Of a DNA stretch of 64,000 bases, positions 12,639-25,084 are shown piece after piece. Location: assembly GCF_036971445.1 (NCBI RefSeq), contig NC_091481.1:10912001-10976000 (forward strand), written 5' to 3'. Origin of the DNA: Narcine bancroftii (taxonomy: Eukaryota). The position numbers and the translations under genes were made by a program. A model generated the notes under the pieces. That model ran no database searches and had not been told where the DNA came from. It saw nothing but the letters and a program-made list of their open reading frames with translations. Numbering within the stretch: the stretch's first letter is position 1; each line of letters opens with the position of its first letter.

Positions 12639-15600
12639 GGAAAAGAGAAGGGAAGGAAGGGAGTAGGGAAAAAAGAGAGAGCTTTGTTATATGTGTTTTT
12701 TTTAAAAAGTGTTTTCTGGAGAGGGCTGGGTAGAGGGGGAATAACTGTCACTGCAAAATCAGTTGATGCTGCGAACAAGATCGCAATCCAAATGAAAAGG
12801 GGAGTTGTGGTTGCCCAGCAAGGGATATGGGGCAACTCAGAGAGGGGGGGAATTTTTGGGGTTAAGGTATTAGTGGATGTGGGAACTGCGGGGGTACTTT
12901 ATGACTTGAATGTGTTGTTGTACATTGTGTAATAAGAGAAAACTAAGAGATGAAAATAGGGAAAAGGGGAATGGAGGTGGTGAAGAGGTAGAAAAGAGGT
13001 GTATGCAAGATATAAGATGGTCATGTTGAACTATATGACTATAAACTTTAATGGAATACATAACAAAATTAAAAGGAAAAGGCTACTAAATTTATTGAAG
13101 AAGGAAAAAATAGATTATAGCATTTGTGCAGGAAACGCATCCAACTGAAGTGGAACATAAACTAAAGAGAGACTGGGTAGGACACGTTACGGCAGCATCC
13201 TATAATTCAAAAGCTAGAGGTGTAGCCAAACTAGTTAACAAAAATGTACCAATCAAAATAGAGGAGGAAATAATAGATCCGGCAGGGAGATATCCAATGA
13301 TAAAGTGTCAGAAATACTCAGAATTTTGGAATTTGCTCAATATATATGTGCCTAACAAGGTGGATCAAAAGTTTATGCAGGATATTCTTTTAAAGATTGC
13401 AGACACACAAGGAAATATATTGATAGGAGGGGATTTTAACCATAATTTGAACCCAATGTTGGATAAAATTGGAGAAAAGATAAGTAAAAAGAATAAAGTA
13501 GCCAAATTTATAGTTAAATCAATGCAGGAAATGAAACTTATGGATATATGGAGGAGGCAACACCCAAGAGAGAAGGGATTTTCATATTATTTGAGTAGGC
13601 ACAAAACTTACTCAAGGATTGATATGTTTTTGTTGTCAGCCCATATTCAAGGGAGAGTTAGGAAAACTGAGTATAAAGCTAGACTACTATCTGATCATTC
13701 ACCCCTATTATTAGCAATAGAACTGGAGGACATCCCTCCAAGAACATATAGATGGAAGTTAAACTCCATGCTACTTAAAAGGCAGGCATTTAGAGAGTTT
13801 ATTGAACGCCAAATTAAAACATATTTTGAAATAAACACAGGATCAGTGAAAGACAAATTGATATCATGGGACGCAATGAAAGCCTTCATTAGAGGGCAGA
13901 TAATAAGTTATGTGACGAAAATGAAAAAGGATTACAATCGGGAAATAGAGCAGTTGGAAAGGGAGATAGTAAATACAGAAAAGGAATTAGTAAAAAGGGA
14001 TGATATAATGAAAAGGAGAGAATTGGCAGACAAAAAAATTAAATACGAAACATTACAAATATACAAGGTGGAGAAGAACATAATGAAAACAAAGCAAAAG
14101 TATTACGAACTGGGAGAAAAAAAAACCACATAAAAAATAAGCCTGGCAACTTAAAACAAAACAAGCTAAAAGAATGATACTGGCATCAAGGAAAATGGAC
14201 AAACAAATTACATATAACCCAACAGAGATTAATAAATATTTTAAGGAATTTTATGAACAATTGTATCAAACTGAGAAAGAAGGGAAAGGTGATAAAATAG
14301 GGGAATTTTTAGCTAAAAATTAACTACTGAAATTGCAAGAAGAGGGACTAATAAAACCATTTGAAATAGAGGAAGTACAGGATATATTAAAAAAGTTGCC
14401 GAACAATAAAACACCAGGAGAGAATGAATTCCAATAGAATTTTATGAAACATTTAAAGAATTATTAATTCCTCCTCTCCTGGAAGTAATGAACCAGATAG
14501 AAGTAACACAAAACTTACCAGATTCATGTAAGACAGCAATAATTACATTAAGACCAAAGACGGGGAAGGATCCATTAACATCAGCATCATATAGACCAAT
14601 ATCTCTACTTAACTCAGACTATAAGATAATAGCGAAATTATTAGAAAACAGATTGGCCGATTGTGTACCTAAAATAGTAAAACAGATCACACTGGATTTA
14701 TTAAGAAAAGACGAACAGCCGACAATGTCTGTAAACTTATTAATCTAATCCACGCAGTTCAAGGAAATAAGAAACCAACAGTGGCTTTTGCTCTAGATGC
14801 AGAAAAAGCCTTTGACAGAGTAGAGTGGAATTACTTAAAGTATTACAGAAGTTCAATCGACCAGAACAATATATAAATTGGATTAAAGCATTGTATAATG
14901 GACTGTCGGCAAAGGTAGCAGTAAATGGATATGTATCGAGTCACTTTAAATTAAGTAGGTCAAATAGACAGGGATGTCCACTATCCCCCTCATTGTTCGC
15001 CTTAGCAATAGAATCTTTGGCAGAAATGATAAGAATAGAAAATAAAATAAAAGGGATAAAAATAAAGGAGAAGGAGTATAAAATTAGCTTATTTGCAGAT
15101 GACATCATAGTATACCTAACAGAACCAGAGGTATCAGTAAAAGAATTACATAAGAAATTGAAGGAATATGGAGAAATATCGGGGTACAAGATCAACATAA
15201 ATAAAAGTGAAGTGTTGCCAATAAGTATCGCAGAATATACAGAATTTAAAAAAGGATCACCATTTAAATGGCAAGAACAAGCAATCCGATACCTAGGGAT
15301 CAGGTTAGATAATAACTTAAGCCACTTGTACAAACTAAATTATCAGCCACTAATAAAAAAATTGCAGGAAGACTTAGAACATTGGAAAGAATTACCACTA
15401 ACGTTGATAGGGAGGGTAAACTGCATTAAGATGAACGTGTTCCCAAGGATACAATACTTATTTCAAATGTTACCAATTCCTTTAACAGAAAAATTCTTTA
15501 ATGAACTAAAGAGAATAATAAGGAAATTCTTGTGGAAAAGAAGGAAACCAAGGGTAGCATTAGATAAATTAGCAGAGATGTATAATTAAGGTGGTTTGCA

Positions 15601-16904
15601 GTTACTAAATTTTAGAAATTATTATAGAGCAGTACAATTAAGGTATTTATCAGATTTTTATCAGACAAGGGAAAAACCAGACTGGACTAAGATAGAACTA
15701 GATAAAATAGGGGAGAAGGTACAGGAACATATACTTTATAAGTGGGATGAAAAGCTGGTGCAATATAAAAACTCACCAGTACTGCATCATTTACTTAATA
15801 CATGGAAGAAGATCCACTTCGAAAGGAAAAAAAAACAACTATCAAATACCAAAATTATTATTGACACAAAATCCGCTAATCCCTTTTACATTAGACAACC
15901 TTTCCTTTAGAGAATGGGAGAGAAATGGAATCAAAAGAATAGAAAATTGTTTTTTGGGAAATAATTTATTAACATTTGAACAATTGAAGTACAAATATGG
16001 AATAACTCATGGTACAATGTTTGCATATCATCAATTTGTGATATCACAAATCAAGCTTATTTAAAGGATAAATTGGGAAACAGCTTGAGATTACCTGAAG
16101 GAAGCAGCTTTGAATATGTGATTACAGACACAATGATAATTAAAAGATCTATAACCAACATGTACATTAAGCTGCAAGATAAGGAAATTGAAATAAACTA
16201 TAAACCTAAGCAGAAGTGGGAAAATGATCTAAACGTAAAGATAAAAAACGAAGTATGGGAAAAGTTATGTTCTGGAACTGTGAAGAATACAATAAACACA
16301 AGGTTAAGCATGATACAGTATAATTGGTTACACAGGGTATATGTTACTCCTCAAAAATTTTTAAAAATGGGATTCAACATTATCGGATATATGTTTTTGC
16401 TGCAAGAAGGAAATGGGAACAACATTACATGCAACTTGGGCATGTACAAAAGTAAATACATTTTGGGAAGAATTAAATCAGTTACTAAATAAGAGCATGA
16501 GTATACAGCATGGAAATGAATAAATGTATTCCATTGGAAAAAATAACATATAATTTAAAAAATAAAGTCACAATGTTTGAACAAATTTGGGAACCATACA
16601 TGGAACATGTATAAAATGAGAATGAAAATGATTAGAAGACAAAACGACTAGATTCAGCGTGTAATAAATAGATGACGCATTTTTCTTGTTTATTTTCCTT
16701 TGTGTGAAGGTATTGTTTTATGGTTTTATTGTATTGTATATGTTGAATATTTATGGGTTTTGGAGGTGGGTGGGTAGAGGGGAGGGAGGGAAAGGGGAAA
16801 AAAGGGAGAGAAGACCACTGTGTAAATTTAATGAGAAGCGTTTGAACATATTTTGGTTGCTATGGTTCATAGCGTGAAAAATAAAAGTATTTTTTAAAAA
16901 AAAA
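12639..16904 (+). mobile_element. 5'-truncated L1/Tx1-like LINE with frameshifted ORF2 (APE endonuclease, RT, C-terminus) and poly(A)
   Basis: Motifs GGDFN, YSRID, LSDHSP, YRPISLLN, RQGCPLSP, LFADD in ORFs 13126-16492; A-tail at about 16896-16904. Confidence 0.95.
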
Positions 16905-16976
16905 GACCCATATACAAATCATGAAGGCTGCACTACAACTGGCTTGGATTTTTAAAGTCCCAAGCACTTTACTAAC

Positions 16977-17038
16977 CTTGTAGTTGTTAGCCAGTTTATG
17001 TGCCTCCACCTCATTTTCTGCCAACAGCGTGGTCTTTG
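16977..17038 (-). CDS. cax1: cax1-like exon 4 (AKTTLLAENEVEAHKLANNYK)
   Basis: CAG acceptor, AAG|GTTAGT donor, 62 nt, conserved AENEVEA motif. Confidence 0.85.
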
Positions 17039-17157
17039 CTGCCATTAAGCAACCCAGACACGTTACTTCTTCACATGAATGATTATGCGTCAGAGTTGAA
17101 CAGGTCACTGCAACAAAACCAATCAAGTTTTTAATTGATGATGCAACACTTATTAAA

Positions 17158-17970
17158 ATTTTTTTTTATTTTTCACACTATGAACCATATTAATCAAAAT
17201 ACACACAAACATTTCCCTCTTGAATATACACAGTGTCATTTTCTCCCCTTTACCCCCCCCCTCACTTCCCTCCCTCCTTCCCACCCCCCTCCAAACTCAT
17301 TAAATGTTCAACATATAAAATACAATAAACCCATTAAACAATGTCATCACACAATGAAAATAAACAAGAAAATTGTGACATCTACTTTTACACACTGGGT
17401 CAGTTCATTTCGTCTTCTCATTCTATCATTTTAGGGGGTGGAGGTCTGCGGTAGGCCCTCTCTATTGTGTTCCATGTACAGTTCCCAAATTTGTTTAAAT
17501 AGTGTGACTTTATTTTTTAAATTATATGTTATTTTTTCCAATGGAATACATTTATTCATTTCCATGTACCATTGCTGTATTCTCAGGCTCTCTTCTGATT
17601 TCCAAGTTGACATTATACATTTTTTTGTTATTGCTAAGGCTATCATAATAAATCTTTTTTGCGCTTCGTCCAGTTTGAGCCCTAATTCTTTACTTCTTAT
17701 ATTTCTTCGAAGAAAAATCTCTAGATTTTTTGGTATGTTACTTTTTGTGATTTTATTTAATACCTGATTTAGATCTTCCCAAAATTTTTCCACTTTCTCA
17801 CATGCCCAAATTGCACATACTGTTGTTCCCGTTTCCTTCTTACAACGAAAACATCTGTTTGATACTGTTGGGTCCCATTTATTTAACTTTTGGGGCGTGG
17901 TATATAGCCTGTGTAACCAATGATACTGTATCATGCGTAACCTCGTGTTTATTGTATTTCTCATAGTTCC
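17158..17970 (-). mobile_element. L1/Tx1-like 3' fragment, same family, inverted relative to the neighbouring copy
   Basis: ORF 17431-17964 with CFRC zinc-knuckle region and CIPLEKITYN; poly(T) at about 17158-17167. Confidence 0.9.
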
Positions 17971-19198
17971 GGAGCATGATGCAACACTTTTGATGAACTT
18001 TTTCCATAAATGGCAAGGACCAACACCTCAGTGGGTGGTGAACACCATTAGTCCACACAAATCCAAGTGTTCTCACCAAGTAATTCTATTGTGAGGCACA
18101 TAAATGTCTTGGAACACTGGAAAAAGTGCAACAATTCCAAGTCAAAAAACTTCTCTACGACATATTTAAATCACAAATTGAAACACAAAGATCTGCAGCT
18201 GCTGTGATTGTAATAAAAATTCAAAAATGATGGAGGAACTCAGCAGGTCCTGCAGCGTCCATAACTTTACCTCTTCTGGACACTGAGACCTGCCGAGTCC
18301 CTCCAGCATTCTTGTGTTTTTAATACTTACTGTAATTCACATCAAAGGTAATCAGACAAAATATTTTGTGACAAATCCTGAATAAAATCCCCAAGTTTCA
18401 AAACAAATGCACCAGAAAATAGGGTGGCTTCCATCATATTTCTTTTTCAACCTGGATGAGATTAGCGGTTGTGTAAAATAAAATGTATGCTTGGTAGCAT
18501 CATGCTAGTGACCTGTGACTCAAAGTATTAACAATCTGGGTTTCCAGAAGATAATCCACCACCACTTAATCTTGCTTCATATGACAAATACCCACCCCCA
18601 GGAATTACTGTACTCTTATTTCATCAGGGAGCAAATGGCCATTATAGGTTGTGAACAGCTGACATTCCACTATTCAGCCTTCCATCCCAATAATACACAT
18701 TTTCTGTCCATTAATCATTTCTCAATCCTTGCTAGTGGAGCAGCCCCAAGATTATCTGCACTAATTTTGTTTAGTAATTCCTTACTGGAATTGTTTACTT
18801 GTTCCTTTCATCCATTGTTTGTTACCTCCATATTTCAAACACCATTTCCTTGCACATCAACTTGCTCTGTTAATAACACATTCTAATTCACCCTCCACCC
18901 ACCCACCCCCCCCCCCCCAACACACACACATAGGCTAACAGGCTTGCAGTTTCCATTTTCAGTCAACTTTTTTTAAATTATTGGGTTTAGTTTGCTAATT
19001 TCCATAGTTAAATGATGGAAGATGAAAACAAGTATATCCATCATCTCCATAGCTTGATGCAGATCACCACATTCTGAGGGAGAGGCAGGGTTCAGACCTG
19101 TTTTTTTTTTTACCCACAATGCTTTTATTAAAGACGAAGCCAATTTCTTTCAGTTCCTTGCTACTTCAGACCTGTGTAATCCAGTTCCCATCCCTAAC

Positions 19199-19294
19199 CT
19201 TCAGGCCAATATTTATTCTCAAAGAATAGGGTTCTCAAATTGTAAGAGGCCACCACGCTTTTTACATTACAGCAGTAAGTGCATTTTGAAAATA
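19199..19294 (-). CDS. cax1: cax1-like exon 3 (acceptor position uncertain)
   Basis: Donor GAAG|GTTAGG; 96 nt phase 1-1 if the AAG acceptor at 19295 is used; ends ...KYWPE and runs into AKTTLLAENE. Confidence 0.5.
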
Positions 19295-19401
19295 CTTCCT
19301 CGCACAATGTTTCAAAATGGGTTGGGAAAAGCGCCATGTAAATGTAAAGGTGGGAAATGGATGTGAAAGATATGGAGAATGATGAGCTCAAAAGGACTAA
19401 C

Positions 19402-19536
19402 CTGCATGTGATTTTGGTATGACTGGTGAAGGAATGTCCGTCAGTTCAGTCTGCAGATGTAGCTCACACCGCCTGTCCCACAGGGTCAGAGGACAAGGGG
19501 ATGCTTCAGCTCTTAGCTCACACTCCCTCCCAAAGT
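19402..19536 (-). CDS. cax1: cax1-like exon 2
   Basis: ttgtttctatgatag acceptor, GTTAGT donor, 135 nt open in phase 1-1 (FGRECELRAEA...PKSHA). Confidence 0.65.
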
Positions 19537-20889
19537 CTATCATAGAAACAAAAACCAAAATACCCTCTAAGCTATCAGTTTTATATTCTACATTACACCT
19601 GATACACACAAAACATCACAGTAAAACGTGGACTACAAAGATCAAGCAAAACTATGTTATATTTGGCCATATACAAAATTATCACACCCATCACTGGATT
19701 TTGTTCTTGATGCATGCATAATTAGTGATTACTAATCCATAGAATTTAAAATCCTGCAGTGAAATCAGTTGTGAGGCCTGCACTCAATGGAACGCACAAG
19801 GGAGATGCCAATGTGGAAAGGAAAACTACTGTCCCCACTCTCGGACATTCAGCTGGAAGTTATCACTGCCATTTTCCCCAATAATGAGTAACTTGTCCCT
19901 GAGGATTTAAGCAGGACCTCAAGGCAAATTGCCAATGACTTTATAGGGACTGGGTCAAAACCACCAAGAACAAGTCATAGATGAAGTTTATTAAATGGTC
20001 CAAACCAAACTGTAGCTAGAGATTTTTAAAAAGTCTTCAAACTCCAAGAAATGAGAAATTAAGCATGGAATAAAAATGGAATACAACTCAGGGACAAAAT
20101 AGCTGAAACCCTCAAGTTCAGTTTGGAGTTTAGATACATCAATAGTTAATTCAGGTAAAGCAGACAAGGCACCATAGTGGCATGTTCTGAGCTGGCAGGT
20201 TCCAGTTTATCCAATGATAGATTTTGACTGAAAGAATGCATGCAAGAAAGATGCCATAGGTGCATGTACACCTATATTTAGAACTGGTACATGAGAAAAT
20301 TATTATGTGATGCAGAATTTGATATATAGAGGTGAGGAGTACAAATGCAAGAGGCTCCCTTGAGTGTCTGATTCGGATGTCCATTTCAGAGATTTTATTG
20401 GTCTACTAGATGAAGGATTTGAACCACAACATTAGAGCTTCCATGCTCATCTCATGGAAGGCAGAGAGAAGATTTGACAGATCCCCAACATCACTAGTTT
20501 AGGTCAAGCAGATAACTCAAAAACCTGGCTAAAATTTAAACTCTTGATAAAGTCTCAATAAAGGGTCAACCCAAAACATTTCTCTCTGTGGATGCTGCCT
20601 GACCTGCTGAGTCCCTCCAGCTCTCATTATTTGTTACATTTAAACTGACTAACAAGAGAAAAGGAAAAGATTAAACACTTGTTTTTATGTAAAATGTGGT
20701 TATGACATGGATCTCACTGTCTCTGGAGATAGAGACACACCAAGTAAATAACGTACACAGCTATGGCATAAAGTCAGGAAATGCTATTAAATTGACTGGT
20801 CTACGATTTGCCAAATAGCAACAGGAATGCTGGAAACACTCAAGTTAAATAGTTAATGTTTGATATCAGTGAACTTTCATTAGAACTGT

Positions 20890-21878
20890 TGTTACGGGCC
20901 GAGAGGACCCCAAAACCCAACAGCAATAGATATTCACCAAGACAAATGGTTACTTAAACAAAAGTTGTTTAAAGGTAATTAAAAGCATGAAAACAGGATC
21001 ACTATTAACTTAACTTAACCTAACTTAACTTAACCCCCTTCTAATTCTAAGTTCTTTAATTTACAGTCTAATCTCACTTCTCACTCCTCCAAGTTCACTG
21101 ATATCAGGCAATTCTTACACTGTGCACAATTTAACATTTATGAAGCTTCACCAGGCTGTGGTGCTTGAAAGGTAAATGGTTTCCCGCTCAGGAAGTTTTT
21201 TGTTGGTTTTCAGAGAGAGAGAGAGAGATTTGTTGCTCGTTGGACACCCACAATGGATTCCTTTCGATCAGCCATTTGAGTGTCTTGCTGAAGAAACTTG
21301 CCCCATCAGAGTTTTTTTTCTTTCAGGTCACTACAGAGTTCCTTTTTGTTTCCCTTATTTCAAATGAAACATTATACAGCTAGCCATCTCCTCTTGTATG
21401 GACCACAAGGGCTTTAACCAGTTTGAACTAAGAACTCACAACCCGTCTTCAAAATGGGGTTTTCCACAAGCTTGCCAGCTTGTCCTATTCCAGTCCCAGC
21501 TGCTGCTGCTGAACTATAGAGTTGAAATTTCTCTCTCTCTCTCACACATGGAGAAAACCACACGACTCTCTTAGAACAGCACTCTGCACTCAAATAGACT
21601 GCGGCACCAGACATAATCTTCTGAGTCCATTCATCTGTTGCTTTCCAAAACAATAATCCATTACTCCACAGCATGTCCAATTAATACCTATTTGTGAAGT
21701 CCTTATTGCCACTCTTCAAAGTTTTTGCAAAGACACCCGGACCTGGAGTGTCTGGCTTGAGCAGTGCTCCGGCATTTTAAATGAGATCGGCTTTGAAGTG
21801 TTTCTATGTTACCTACACTAAAAAACCTGCCACAATTTATCTCCTTTAAAACGTTTCTATATAACCTAATCTGTTACA
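20890..21878. mobile_element. Solo LTR (Gypsy-like)
   Basis: TGT...ACA termini, 4-bp near-TSD ctgt/ctgg, interrupts an older repeat, no coding capacity. Confidence 0.7.
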
Positions 21879-24559
21879 CTGGAGAAAGTTCGAAAATAAC
21901 TCTTTTTTTTAAGTTACAGAGATGAGAGGAGTAGAAAGAACAAATAATATTTGCACTATTTGTAATCGTGAAGATTGAATAAATAGAAATGTTTGTTATT
22001 CACAATTTATTTGTCTGGTGATGCTGTAAATAGAGAGAAGAGGGTTTGTTCAAAAACATGAAAGAAATTAAACAGAGATACCCAACAGGCATCTGTGGAG
22101 AGAGAAAGAAAGAAATATTGCAGGTTGATTACCTATGATCAGAATCAGCCAGTTTCCTAGGTTTCTGGTAAGGTTTGCAATATCCATCATAAATAATAAT
22201 ATAAATTCTGGATTTTTCAAAGCAAGCAGAGCGAGATTGCCAAATAGTGATTAATAGTACAGTGAGGGTTCCTGTAGTTTTATATTTGAAAGAAAATGAT
22301 AGCAGCTTTTAACTGTCAACATTCCTTCAAAATCTGTTGGCCATGGAGTGAAATTCATGCTCTTTAATGATCAAGTGCTTGTGTAATAATCTGCGGCAAG
22401 ATTAACATTAATAAACCTTTATGGAAAATATCTTAATTTGACAATAGCTTCAACTTTGTGTCAAAATGTACCCTCTCCAAACTAGACCTCGGCTGCCCAT
22501 CATAAGCTACATAAAACAGCATCACAGTGGGCATTTGCACTTAAGTTGGGCTGTATCAGGAGAGAACATGCCCTGTGTGTGCATTGAGGGTGGAATAAAG
22601 GCGTTCAGCCACAATTATAAGGTCAGGTTAATAAAATACCCCAGGAGAGTGAGTTTTTTGTATTGCATTTTCCAAAATCATTTCCAATTTAGTATTAAAT
22701 GTATAACAAACATCCAATGTCCACAGCATCAGGGATTATTTACTCAAACCATTTCACTATTCACTGAGCAAAGCTATTGCAAGCCACATTTCCTACACAG
22801 CCAACAGCGTATCACTTCCATAACTAGACACTAACAATCCAGTGTTTGCTCTCACATTTACTGTATTGGAGGAGCTTGGGTCTGGAATGGAGAAAGCTAC
22901 ATCAGATGCACTTTTATGCTTACTCATTCTTCTCATTATCAGAAGAAATTAATTTTGCTCAAAACTATAAAAAGAATGCCCTTTAAATAAGTGCGGGGAC
23001 AATCATTGAGTCAACATTCAAAACATTGGTATATTTCTCCTTTTCAAATGTTGATAACAATTGCAGCATCACATGACAGTAACCCACACCATTACGACCA
23101 AGGGCAACAACTTGTCTACCAGATCACATGCCCACTACGAGAACAAAGGTTTGATAACAATCCCTTGAGGGATCTTGGGGATTTTACTACCTGTACATTA
23201 AATCCATTTGACAAACACAAATAGTTTATTCCCTTGAAAGAACTTATCAGAGGATGAATGTGGCAGAGATGGGTTATTGCTCACTGCATGCAACAGATCA
23301 GGGCATTATTTCTTGAATCACAAAATCTTGGTGTGGTTTAAAAATTAAATATTAAACAAAAGAGAACCCAAAAATCATTCCTCAGAACACTCAAAGTCAG
23401 ATGTTTACCTTCCTGCAGCAGCTTTCTAAAATTAAAGATTGATTCTCGCATTACCTCAAAATGTACTTGCAACTTAAACCCTTCACCCTGCAAATGAGCT
23501 GAACTCAATAATTTTGCCTCTCAAATTATTCTGTTCTAAGTTCAATCCATAGAAACCGCTTTCTCATACAACTACTTTTCATTAAAAGAATGAGAGGGAA
23601 TCTTATAGAATTATGAAAGGGATAGACTGAGGTAGGAAAGTTGTTTCCACTAGTATCCAAGATTAGGACTAAGGGACATGGCCTCAAGATTCAGGGGAAT
23701 TGATGCCCAGGGGTGAATGTTGGAAAGCTGATGATGCAAGCAATCACATGAACAAAAGTGTTTTGAATGACTTCAAGTTTCAGAGCTGATCAAGACTGAG
23801 AAACCAAGGCCATGTTTTGTGGACAAGTCGTGTTTCAAAAAAAGGTACTGATATGTGCAAAGCCAACAGTAGATTCAGGCCATATTACAGGAGATGAAAA
23901 CAGACAGACAAGAAATCAAAGTCATTTGGAAAGCTTTCAAATACCAGAGCAGTGTCCTTACGCTAATCAGAGAGAAAAGAATTAGCCTTAGATTGATTCA
24001 TTAAAGTGCATTTTACATCTTATAATGGATGACTCAACCAATAGTCAACTTACGCTCCTATGTTTTATGGTCTTAATCCAATGCAACTAGGTTCCAAAGA
24101 AAGAATGATTGAAATTGCAACCAGTCATCCCAAATACCAACTGGGTTTCCCATCATTAAATGTTTGATTAAACCAAGTTTTGGTCAGTCTCCAAGTTTTA
24201 CCAGCATCAAATCGAAAACGGGAAATACAAGTCTGCCACACAAGAGCCACATGCAACAGTTTATCTGATGGTGGATTGGTTACATTGGTTCTTTGAAAGG
24301 GCTCGACTTCATCTTCCAGTCTTTCCCCACAGGCCTGTCTGCACGCGTCCCCCCCACCCCCCGAAATATTCTACACTCTTTTGAATGCTGGATGCACCCA
24401 ATCGGACAAACCTCGTTCATTGAATAATCTACATTCAACCCCACTGCCTCTGGGGAATGGCATCACCCACAAATGACCCCAGACTATCCTTTAATTTAGA
24501 TCATGAGTGTTCCCCCCCCCCCCCCCAAATCATTTCTCCTTTGGAAATATTTGGTGGTG

Positions 24560-24990
24560 GGGCACAAGCCGACTGTCAGAGCTGGGCGAGGCCCGACCAG
24601 CACGGCTCAGGGACGGAGTCAGGTGCCCGGCGCTATCACAGTTCAGTTCGGCTCCTTACTCAGCGCGTCCTGGGTGCTCCGTCTCCGCACGTCCAGCTCG
24701 GGCTCCTGTTCGATCTCGGACATCTCGAGAGGAGGGCGCCGGTGACCCGTCGACCAGTGTCACCCCCAGAGAACGAAGCACTCGCCCACGCGAACTCTTC
24801 AACAGCCCGCTGACACCACGCCGCTCCTCCCTTTCTGCGCATGCGCCCCCCTTTGACACACCCACCCTCATAACGGCGCAGGCCGCATCCCCAAGGCCTT
24901 GTGGGAGTTGGAGTCCCGAGTCCCTTCAGCTCCTCCTTAAAAACTACCAACTTCCCAATCGGAATCAGTCGTCACGAAGTTCGTGGTTTT
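24560..24990. promoter_or_regulatory. CpG island / cax1-like promoter with NRF1-type site TGCGCATGCGC (24836-24846)
   Basis: Local GC and CpG enrichment in an AT-rich background covering exon 1; motif read directly. Confidence 0.7.
24660..24723 (-). CDS. cax1: cax1-like exon 1 (MSEIEQEPELDVRRRSTQDAL)
   Basis: ATG at 24723 inside a CpG island; donor GTAAGG; 64 nt ending in phase 1, matching exon 2. Confidence 0.75.
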
Positions 24991-25084
24991 GAGGCAGCAT
25001 CACAGGGCAAACATTTATATAAACCACCTTATAAAATAAATTAAAAATAGCGCAAGAAAAAGGCGGGTTCTGTTCATTACTCTT

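Larger units (their letters stand above)
3623..24723 (-). other. cax1: Gene span (5' part, coding exons 1-9) of a cation/H+ exchanger (cax1-like, YccF/DUF307 N-terminal region); 3' part lies beyond the left edge
   Basis: Nine GT-AG exons join in phase and give AENEVEAHKLANNYKFGFKKWKSHVT...LLFGWW...GIPYGKLCWNLAGYYFWPFGK, which I recognise as the fish/amphibian CAX (yeast Vnx1-type) family. cax1 versus cax2 paralog not resolved. Confidence 0.85.

Noticed and set aside
13126-16492. Host endonuclease or reverse transcriptase genes
   Set aside because: These are frameshifted pieces of L1 ORF2 with paralogous copies inside the window.
24457-24992. Overlapping ORFs in the cax1 CpG island (likewise 59781-60360)
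   Set aside because: Expected stop-codon depletion in GC-rich promoters; no recognisable domains.
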